IMG/VR virus record: IMGVR_UViG_3300008108_000135
From: an uncultured virus (IMG/VR IMGVR_UViG_3300008108_000135)
Taxonomy: Duplodnaviria > Heunggongvirae > Uroviricota > Caudoviricetes
Length of the DNA stretch: 64,000 nucleotides
Reading direction: 5' to 3' (one strand)
Shown here: positions 1-5,359 of the stretch, piece after piece
How positions within the stretch are numbered: the first letter of the stretch is position 1
Layout of the letters: every line of letters begins with the position of its first letter
Program-made: the position numbers and the translations under genes
The notes under the pieces: generated by a model
The model's database searches: none
What the model was told of the DNA's origin: nothing
The model's input: the letters and a program-made list of their open reading frames with translations, nothing else

Positions 1-46
1 TTGTCAACAGGTCTATGAACTTAACGAGTTCACCTTTTCTTACCAC
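1..46 (-). ncRNA. 5' end of putative structured RNA, truncated by window edge; probable paralog of 302-524 RNA
   Basis: Minus strand starts TGGTAAGA...TAGACCT like the 302-524 element; TGAACT/AGTTCA hairpin; follows boxA-like 59-69 and promoter 75-82. Confidence 0.4.
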
Positions 47-58
47 CACATTTTTTAC

Positions 59-69
59 TTTCAAAGAAC
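59..69 (-). promoter_or_regulatory. boxA-like antitermination element (GTTCTTTGAAA)
   Basis: Variant of the GTTCTTTGACAT copies at 532, 837 and 4888; just downstream of TATCTTTG promoter motif (75-82). Confidence 0.5.
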
Positions 70-131
70 TTATTCAAAGATATGGGTTTCATTTTAAATT
101 GCCAAATCTTTTTTTAATTTTTTTTATTCCC

Positions 132-252
132 TCTGTACTCAATTGTAAATTACATGTGTTAGTATCATTACTCCATAGTTAAATACTTAGTGTTGCCTCT
201 TACAGTTACCACTCTGATGCGGAGCACATCAATTCATCACACGCTTTACAGA
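132..252 (-). ncRNA. putative structured ncRNA
   Basis: Closing stem TCTGTA/TACAGA, internal hairpins TGATG/CATCA, AGTG/CACT, AGTAT/ATACT; possible loop-loop pairing GCTCC/GGAGT; not covered by the ORF track. Confidence 0.4.
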
Positions 253-301
253 ATTTTTTCCTTGTTCTGTTAAAATAATTTACAACACAATATTTTAAAA
301 A

Positions 302-524
302 TGGTAAGACCTTAAGATTTACTCATTCGTGGGTCACCCCATCCTTACTACCTATACCTCGCCTTTAACATCCGTTCTACCCAAACCATCGTTTTTACCT
401 GTTAACCTCTCGGAAAACTTTGAGTACCTCCTCAACCTTTTAATCTGATAGGGGCTCCGTCTTGCTCGTTATTTCTAACTCCCTGTGGGATTCTGCTGAT
501 ATAGGTCTATCTGCTATCTTACCA
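302..524 (-). ncRNA. putative ~220-nt structured ncRNA
   Basis: Closing stem TGGTAAGAT/GTCTTACCA, long-range ACCTATA/TATAGGT, GNRA hairpins (GTTA-GAAA-TAAC, CC-GAGA-GG), TTGAG/CTCAA; starts 7 nt after boxA-like motif. Confidence 0.55.
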
Positions 525-531
525 ATCTAAT

Positions 532-543
532 ATGTCAAAGAAC
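532..543 (-). promoter_or_regulatory. boxA-like element GTTCTTTGACAT
   Basis: Identical 12-mer at 837-848 and 4888-4899, each just before stable-RNA genes; resembles rrn boxA. Confidence 0.6.
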
Positions 544-608
544 TTTTTCTTTTTGGGAGGACAGGTCCCACTCACATCATCAACCCTGTCCCCCCGTCTT
601 TCATATTA

Positions 609-616
609 CAAATCTA
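609..616 (-). promoter_or_regulatory. Bacteroidota-type promoter -7 element (TAGATTTG)
   Basis: TAnnTTTG match with upstream TTTG; followed by a GC-rich hairpin (555-594) and boxA. Confidence 0.55.
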
Positions 617-660
617 AGTATTCTATTTTAGACTGCCAAATGTTTTTTTACTTTTTTTTG

Positions 661-742
661 TACCCTCGGTGGGATTCGAACCCACACGCTCTTGGAGCAT
701 TAGTTCCTAAAACTAACGTGTCTACCATTCCACCACGAAGGC
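661..742 (-). tRNA. tRNA-Leu(TAG)
   Basis: Cloverleaf, anticodon arm TTAGT-TTTAGGA-ACTAA, long variable arm, TTCGAAT T-loop. Confidence 0.92.
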
Positions 743-749
743 ATTGTTG

Positions 750-822
750 AGGTCTCTAACGGATTCGAACCGTTATCTCTGGGTTACAAAACCAGAATAA
801 TAAGCCATTATACTAAGAGACC
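750..822 (-). tRNA. tRNA-Thr(TGT), atypical
   Basis: Acceptor GGTCTCT/AGAGACC, loop TTTGTAA, U31-C39 mismatch, TTCGAAT T-loop. Confidence 0.75.
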
Positions 823-836
823 TTATTTACACCGAT

Positions 837-848
837 ATGTCAAAGAAC
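837..848 (-). promoter_or_regulatory. boxA-like element GTTCTTTGACAT
   Basis: Exact repeat, 14 nt before tRNA-Thr. Confidence 0.6.
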
Positions 849-890
849 CGTTTGTTTTACAAATGTATAAAAAATAAACATACATAAAAC

Positions 891-919
891 AAAAAACCCC
901 TCTTTTTTGGAGAGGGGTT
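891..919 (-). terminator. intrinsic terminator / attenuator hairpin 2
   Basis: AACCCCTCT/AGAGGGGTT stem with U-tract, about 20 nt after leader ORF stop. Confidence 0.8.
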
Positions 920-940
920 CTTAAAATATTATTATTTAAG

Positions 941-1018
941 TTAACATACCTTCTCCGTTACAAAGGGCTTGTCCCCCTCCGTTCTCGCGTCTAAAAGTAT
1001 GTTAAGTAAATTTTTCAT
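941..1018 (-). CDS. putative attenuator leader peptide 2 (MKNLLNILLDARTEGDKPFVTEKVC)
   Basis: 25-codon ORF read by hand; its last codons and TAA are complementary to the 5' arm of the downstream terminator. Confidence 0.65.
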   Translation of the reverse strand: MKNLLNILLDARTEGDKPFVTEKVC

Positions 1019-1066
1019 TGTCTTTTTAATTAAATATATCAGAGTTTTTAAAAGTATCAAGGTTTT

Positions 1067-1399
1067 TTATTTTTTATAAAACCAAAAAGAGTTTTTACCA
1101 CAATTACCAAGTTTAAATAAACTACCTTCAAAGACATCATTTAATTTTTCAATAACTTCTTCGGCAATTTCTTCAGTATCCTCACCTGATTGTTTAAATT
1201 TGACCATAAATCTATCGTATGGTTTATCTGAGGATTCACGGTGACCACCAATCCATTCATCTTCACCAACGTAATCGTCCATAAGTTTGTTTAACTCAGA
1301 TTCAATTTTTTTATTTGATGGGTCTTTCTTACTTTCATTGATTACTCGTTTAACAAATCTTGTTAAATCCGATTCTGTTAGCCTAATTACTTTTTTCAT
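1067..1399 (-). CDS. hypothetical protein with MKKVIRLTESDL leader (putative virion internal protein)
   Basis: Start reassigned to ATG 1399 after ATATTTAT motif; leader shared with genes at 56904, 61858, 62649, 63197. Confidence 0.8.
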   Translation of the reverse strand: MKKVIRLTESDLTRFVKRVINESKKDPSNKKIESELNKLMDDYVGEDEWIGGHRESSDKPYDRFMVKFKQSGEDTEEIAEEVIEKLNDVFEGSLFKLGNCGKNSFWFYKK

Positions 1400-1433
1400 A
1401 TTAATAAATATTGCAATTGGTATAAAAAATAAT

Positions 1434-1552
1434 GTCCAGGTGTGGGAATCTAACCCACTTAGTCCATATTCGTTGCTTGTACGTCTGGGCAATTTATTGT
1501 TAGGACCGTCCCATTCGTCAATGGGGTGTGTAACACAATCCACCTACCTGAA
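1434..1552 (-). ncRNA. tRNA-like RNA (acceptor + T-arm, non-tRNA interior)
   Basis: TTCAGGT/ACCTGGA 7-bp stem plus GTGGG-TTAGATT-CCCAC T-arm; interior CCCATT/AATGGG hairpin; no anticodon arm. Confidence 0.5.
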
Positions 1553-1563
1553 GGTTTTATGTG

Positions 1564-1646
1564 TGGGATGTGATGGAGTCGAACCACCCGAGTCCGAAGA
1601 CAAACGATTTACAGTCGTTCCCGCTGCCCCTACGGTATAACATCCC
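1564..1646 (-). tRNA. tRNA-Tyr(GTA)
   Basis: Cloverleaf, loop CTGTAAA, long variable arm. Confidence 0.93.
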
Positions 1647-1651
1647 AAGTT

Positions 1652-1786
1652 TAGGAAATCAGAAGATGGTTGTGTGGACATCTGATTTTACGATTGGCAT
1701 TACTTTGGTGTATATCTCCCAACTCCGATGATACTGACCGATATACACTCTCGTGTCATTAGTATCACCCTTCCCCAATCAACCTA
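1652..1786 (-). ncRNA. putative pseudoknotted ncRNA between tRNA-Asn and tRNA-Tyr
   Basis: TAGG/CCTA closing stem, GATTGG/CCAATC, crossing helices TGATACT/AGTATCA and GTGTATATC/GATATACAC, AAATCAGA/TCTGATTT hairpin. Confidence 0.6.
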
Positions 1787-1789
1787 TTG

Positions 1790-1862
1790 CGACTCAGACA
1801 GGACTCGAACCTGTAACGTTCACATTAACAGTGTGATGCTCTCCCAATTGAGCTACTGAGTC
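1790..1862 (-). tRNA. tRNA-Asn(GTT)
   Basis: Cloverleaf, loop CTGTTAA, G73. Confidence 0.93.
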
Positions 1863-1868
1863 ATTTTG

Positions 1869-1940
1869 CGCGTCTCCAAGGACTCGAACCCTGACCAAGA
1901 GATTTGGAGTCACTTATGCTTGCCGTTACACCAAAGACGC
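1869..1940 (-). tRNA. tRNA-Trp(CCA)
   Basis: Cloverleaf, loop CTCCAAA, G73; one anticodon-stem mismatch. Confidence 0.88.
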
Positions 1941-1966
1941 AAATAATGAAATTAATTATTTCATTG

Positions 1967-2040
1967 AGGACAGAGAGGGATTTGAACCCCCGAATAATGG
2001 ATTTGCAGTCCACCCCTTTAAACCACTCAGGCATCTGTCC
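1967..2040 (-). tRNA. tRNA-Cys(GCA)
   Basis: Cloverleaf, loop CTGCAAA, U73. Confidence 0.93.
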
Positions 2041-2053
2041 TTGTTAATTTGTT

Positions 2054-2121
2054 TAGAGGTTGGTTTACATTCAGTGACCATGACTTGTACTTCGTCTCAA
2101 GGGGTAAACCCTATACCTCTA
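2054..2121 (-). ncRNA. putative small structured RNA
   Basis: TAGAGGT/ACCTCTA and GGTTTAC/GTAAACC nested stems in a tRNA spacer. Confidence 0.35.
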
Positions 2122-2124
2122 TTG

Positions 2125-2275
2125 TGACCCCAATGGGAATCGAACCCACCTTGTTAACTACATATAAGATGCTTTGACCTAAGTGACCCATATACTAGTA
2201 CTACGGGTGCCAACTACAAATTATCATCGTTAACCCACTCACCGCTTCGGTTGCGACCCTAACAGTTATGGAGTC
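2125..2275 (-). ncRNA. tRNA-like RNA with ~120-nt structured interior
   Basis: GACTCCA/TGGGGTC-A acceptor, GTGGG-TTCGATT-CCCAT T-arm, GTTAAC/GTTAAC helix enclosing ACCCGTA/TATGGGT hairpin. Confidence 0.6.
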
Positions 2276-2281
2276 GTATTG

Positions 2282-2353
2282 TAGCCCCTGTAGGACTCGA
2301 ACCTACACTATCTTGTATGTAAAACAAGCGCTTTTCCTTTAAGCTAAGGAGCT
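2282..2353 (-). tRNA. tRNA-Val(TAC)
   Basis: Cloverleaf, CTTGT-TTTACAT-ACAAG. Confidence 0.9.
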
Positions 2354-2360
2354 ATTTTTG

Positions 2361-2435
2361 TATCCCCGAAGAGATTCGAACTCTTGACCCCTCCATTAAA
2401 AGTGGAGTGCTCTAATCCTGCTGAGCTACGAAGAC
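2361..2435 (-). tRNA. tRNA-Lys(TTT)
   Basis: Cloverleaf, CTCCA-CTTTTAA-TGGAG. Confidence 0.92.
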
Positions 2436-2441
2436 ATTTTG

Positions 2442-2514
2442 TTGTGATGGAGGGATTCGAACCCCCGTAAACTATCGTATCAGGATAGCCCCTACACCGC
2501 TCGGGCACATCACA
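2442..2514 (-). tRNA. tRNA-Ile(GAT)
   Basis: Cloverleaf, CTATC-CTGATAC-GATAG. Confidence 0.88.
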
Positions 2515-2531
2515 GTTTTAGTTTCTTGGAA

Positions 2532-2539
2532 CAAATATA
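2532..2539 (-). promoter_or_regulatory. Bacteroidota-type promoter -7 element (TATATTTG) upstream of tRNA-Ile
   Basis: TAnnTTTG match 17 nt before the tRNA. Confidence 0.5.
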
Positions 2540-2570
2540 ACCGTTTTTTGGTATATACCGCAACATTATA

Positions 2571-3389
2571 CTAATTTTCTTTTTCTTTTTTTCTGTCTTT
2601 ATATGTTTTATTTACTTTATGTTTAGCAACCTCATCGTTAAAGTCAGATATTTCTTTATCAGTTATATTATTAATTCTGTTATTGGCGTTGATAATATAT
2701 TCCTCAGATATATCAATCCCAAAATAGTTATGCCCTAATAGTTTAGATGCAACCGCTGAAGTTCCACTACCCATATATGGGTCAATAATGTCACAACCTT
2801 CTTTATCATCCAATATTGAGTAAATACATCTTGTCGGTATTTCAATTGGAAATGGTGCGGGATGATTAGATACCGTAGATTTATTCATTTCAGGTCGTAA
2901 TCTCCAAACTGATGTCATTAATGCATGTTTAGATTTTAATTCCTCACCATTATCTTTTTTATTTATTGGTTTGTACAACCAATAAATTCTTTCCTCCACT
3001 TGCCAAAATCTCCAACCTCTAATATTTGCGGCAATTTGTCTATCCCAAATTATTTCTTGTTTAACTGTCCAATCAGTTTTTTTTAACCAATCCATCGGAT
3101 GAAACATTTCTCCTTTATCCCATCTAATTTTATGGTTATAAAAGAACGAACCTCCAGGTTTAATAACACGAAACAATTCGTTTAGTATTTCAATTTGCTC
3201 TATTTGGTATTCAGATTCATTTTTATTATCCGTAATATCCGAATATTTAATATCCTTAACCAAGACACCTTTTCTATTGTTTTGTTTATTATAAGGTGGG
3301 GATGTTACACCCATATCAAAAATGTTTTCATCAAGTGTTTTTAAAACATCATACACATCACCAAGTACTATATTGTTTTTAATTTCCAT
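2571..3389 (-). CDS. site-specific DNA methyltransferase (N4-C/N6-A, beta class)
   Basis: TSPPY catalytic motif, HPAPFP, DPYMGSGTS SAM-binding motif. Confidence 0.92.
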   Translation of the reverse strand: MEIKNNIVLGDVYDVLKTLDENIFDMGVTSPPYNKQNNRKGVLVKDIKYSDITDNKNESEYQIEQIEILNELFRVIKPGGSFFYNHKIRWDKGEMFHPMDWLKKTDWTVKQEIIWDRQIAANIRGWRFWQVEERIYWLYKPINKKDNGEELKSKHALMTSVWRLRPEMNKSTVSNHPAPFPIEIPTRCIYSILDDKEGCDIIDPYMGSGTSAVASKLLGHNYFGIDISEEYIINANNRINNITDKEISDFNDEVAKHKVNKTYKDRKKEKEN

Positions 3390-3987
3390 ATTCAATCAAC
3401 GATTTAAAAAACGGTTTTGTAAATTTATGTTCATATTCACTAATCATAGGTGAAATATATTCAAGTCTAAACGAATCTGAATTTTTAAAGTGTAAGTAAC
3501 TAAATTTAACACTTCTAACATATCTATTTAATTCATCACCGTTTGGTAAGTGTTTAGTTAATTGCCGTTCTATTTCATTTACAAAATCAACTGAGTTATA
3601 TTGGAAACTTACTAAAAACAATAATTTACCATCTAAAAACCCCGACACTACCATTTTAACTTTATCATCTTTATATTTTTTGTGTCTTTTCCATGTAAAG
3701 TCACTGAAATTACCTGAACCGTCAAACTTTTTAGTTGAATCTGATGATAAATTCTTTGGTTTAACTTCAATTGGGTATTCGTCAGAATCGTACCCTAATT
3801 TGTGAACACTTTGTTTTACCCCTAAAATCCCCAATGTCACCCCTTCTCTAAATAATGAGGAATTTTTATCATTAGACATCTCATTAAGTAACCCTAATAA
3901 TAACGTTTCTTTGGTTTTGTCATCAAGTTCTAATATTTTAGAATTATCTCCTAATGAATAGTTTAATTTTAATTCTGATAGATTCAT
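3379..3987 (-). CDS. putative type II restriction endonuclease
   Basis: Overlaps the MTase start; YDS..IEVK PD-(D/E)xK-like motif; about 200 aa. Confidence 0.6.
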   Translation of the reverse strand: MNLSELKLNYSLGDNSKILELDDKTKETLLLGLLNEMSNDKNSSLFREGVTLGILGVKQSVHKLGYDSDEYPIEVKPKNLSSDSTKKFDGSGNFSDFTWKRHKKYKDDKVKMVVSGFLDGKLLFLVSFQYNSVDFVNEIERQLTKHLPNGDELNRYVRSVKFSYLHFKNSDSFRLEYISPMISEYEHKFTKPFFKSLIEYGN

Positions 3988-4048
3988 ACAATACATTTTT
4001 AACAAAGTACGTAAATAAAATAAATTATTCAATACCATTAATTTTTTG

Positions 4049-4123
4049 TAGGGTAGACAGGACTCGAACCTGCACTATGTCCTCATCCCAAATGAGGCGG
4101 CCTACCAATTGGCCAACTACCCT
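4049..4123 (-). tRNA. tRNA-Pro(TGG)
   Basis: Cloverleaf, CCTCA-TTTGGGA-TGAGG. Confidence 0.9.
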
Positions 4124-4129
4124 ATATTG

Positions 4130-4199
4130 TACCGAGTATGGGGATTGAACCCACTTGACCATCCTTATGAGAGATAGTTCTTTACCACTAAGCCTCGGT
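4130..4199 (-). tRNA. tRNA-Met/Ile2(CAT), atypical short D-arm junction
   Basis: ACCGAG/CTCGGT acceptor, loop CTCATAA, T-arm present; positions 8-9 appear missing. Confidence 0.7.
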
Positions 4200-4206
4200 A
4201 TCTCAG

Positions 4207-4295
4207 CGGAGAATGTGGGATTCGAACCCACGCATCATGTTTCAGACCTATCACGTTAGCAATGTGACCCCTTAAACCATCTTGGGTAATTCTCC
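4207..4295 (-). tRNA. tRNA-Ser(GCT)
   Basis: Cloverleaf, loop TTGCTAA, long variable arm, G73. Confidence 0.9.
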
Positions 4296-4299
4296 GTAG

Positions 4300-4371
4300 A
4301 AGTCTCTGAAGGATTTGAACCTTCTCTAAAACATCCGTAGTGTTTCGTGCTGTCCGTTACACCAAGAGACC
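4300..4371 (-). tRNA. tRNA-Arg(ACG)
   Basis: Cloverleaf, AAACA-CTACGGA-TGTTT. Confidence 0.9.
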
Positions 4372-4377
4372 AAAGTG

Positions 4378-4451
4378 GGTAACTAATGGGAATCGAACCC
4401 ATGGCACAAGGAACCACAATCCTTTGCTCTACCTACTGAGCTATAGCTACC
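4378..4451 (-). tRNA. tRNA-His(GTG)
   Basis: G-1:C73 pair, loop TTGTGGT. Confidence 0.93.
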
Positions 4452-4471
4452 ATAAAATTTTATTTTCTATG

Positions 4472-4544
4472 TGGAGAGGGTGGGAATCGAACCCACATTG
4501 CTGGATTTTCAGTCCAGTGCCTTGACCAACTTGGCAACCTCTCC
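4472..4544 (-). tRNA. tRNA-Phe(GAA)
   Basis: Cloverleaf, CTGGA-CTGAAAA-TCCAG. Confidence 0.92.
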
Positions 4545-4550
4545 TTATTG

Positions 4551-4624
4551 TTGTCCTGGAAGGATTTGAACCTCCAATTTCCTCGTTCAAAGCGAGGTGA
4601 CTTTGCCAGTTCGTCTACAGGACA
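4551..4624 (-). tRNA. tRNA-Gln(TTG)
   Basis: Cloverleaf, CCTCG-CTTTGAA-CGAGG, U1-A72. Confidence 0.92.
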
Positions 4625-4630
4625 GTGAAC

Positions 4631-4768
4631 TCACTTTTTGAGTTTTTTTAAAATCTTTTTTAAAAGTTTTGATTTTACTTTAATTTTAATCCCTTCTTTT
4701 CTTAAATTTTCCTGACTTGAGTTGAAGGTCCCCTCAAGTACAATTTTAATAGTTTCTTTTTTTCCCAT
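4631..4768 (-). CDS. small basic hypothetical protein (45 aa, MGKKETIKIV...KKLKK)
   Basis: ORF fills the spacer between tRNA-Ser and tRNA-Gln. Confidence 0.4.
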   Translation of the reverse strand: MGKKETIKIVLEGTFNSSQENLRKEGIKIKVKSKLLKKILKKLKK

Positions 4769-4784
4769 AATTTATTTTTTAGCG

Positions 4785-4871
4785 AGGAGGGTGTGGGACT
4801 TGAACCCACAAGACCTATTACACGTCTTACTCGTTTTCAAGACGAGCTCTTCATCCAGCCAGATACCCTCC
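4785..4871 (-). tRNA. tRNA-Ser(TGA)
   Basis: CTCGT-CTTGAAA-ACGAG, long variable arm; short D-arm, U73. Confidence 0.82.
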
Positions 4872-4887
4872 GAATTTTTATACCAAT

Positions 4888-4899
4888 ATGTCAAAGAAC
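4888..4899 (-). promoter_or_regulatory. boxA-like element GTTCTTTGACAT
   Basis: Directly abuts the attenuator U-tract and precedes the first tRNA. Confidence 0.6.
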
Positions 4900-4930
4900 A
4901 AAAAACCCCCGAACTTGTGGTCCGAGGGCT
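4900..4930 (-). terminator. intrinsic terminator / attenuator hairpin 1
   Basis: AGCCCTCGGAC-CACAA-GTTCGGGGGTT plus U-tract. Confidence 0.82.
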
Positions 4931-4950
4931 TATATCATAGTTAATCTTTT

Positions 4951-5067
4951 TTAACTTATAAAACACTTCGGACTACCATATGACATGCTCGGATACCAAT
5001 TGCGGTTACACGAGATGACAATCTGTGATTGTTTAAAATTAATCATATGTTTACCAAATGTTTTCAT
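4951..5067 (-). CDS. putative attenuator leader peptide 1 (MKTFGKHMINFKQSQIVISCNRNWYPSMSYGSPKCFIS)
   Basis: 38-codon ORF between promoter 5087-5094 and terminator; 3' end complementary to terminator 5' arm. Confidence 0.75.
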   Translation of the reverse strand: MKTFGKHMINFKQSQIVISCNRNWYPSMSYGSPKCFIS

Positions 5068-5086
5068 TGTTTTTTAATAACTATTA

Positions 5087-5094
5087 CAAATATA
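5087..5094 (-). promoter_or_regulatory. Bacteroidota-type promoter -7 element (TATATTTG) driving leader 1 and the tRNA operon
   Basis: TAnnTTTG 19 nt before leader ATG. Confidence 0.6.
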
Positions 5095-5129
5095 GGAAAA
5101 ATCCTCGTTTAATCAATATTTCTTTAAAA

Positions 5130-5309
5130 TTATATTTTTTTCACTGAATAAATGTGACCTGAATCTGAATTTGTTTGAAATATCTCTTTCATCTTATCAG
5201 CCTCCTTTTCAGATTCAAACTCCCAAACTTCATTATCAGAATTTAAAATTATAACAGGTAACCATTTACCTGATTTTTTGTTTTTAATGCTTTTGATTAT
5301 TACATACAT
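5130..5309 (-). CDS. hypothetical protein (59 aa, MYVIIKSIK...)
   Basis: ORF read by hand, preceded by TACATTTG (5328-5335). Confidence 0.6.
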   Translation of the reverse strand: MYVIIKSIKNKKSGKWLPVIILNSDNEVWEFESEKEADKMKEIFQTNSDSGHIYSVKKI

Positions 5310-5359
5310 AGTTTTAGATTTTTTTTACAAATGTAACGTTTTTTTGGTTACGGTTCAAC

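Noticed and set aside
302..524. RNase P RNA or group I intron
   Set aside because: Conserved GAGGAAAGUCC/P4 and group I P7 motifs not found by eye
2125..2275. tmRNA
   Set aside because: Only 151 nt, no G3:U70 alanine determinant, no recognisable tag region
532..4966. Track ORFs at 532, 1287, 3954, 4025, 4340, 4722, 4772 and the N-terminal extension of 1067..1543
   Set aside because: They overlap tRNA/ncRNA genes or are antisense shadows
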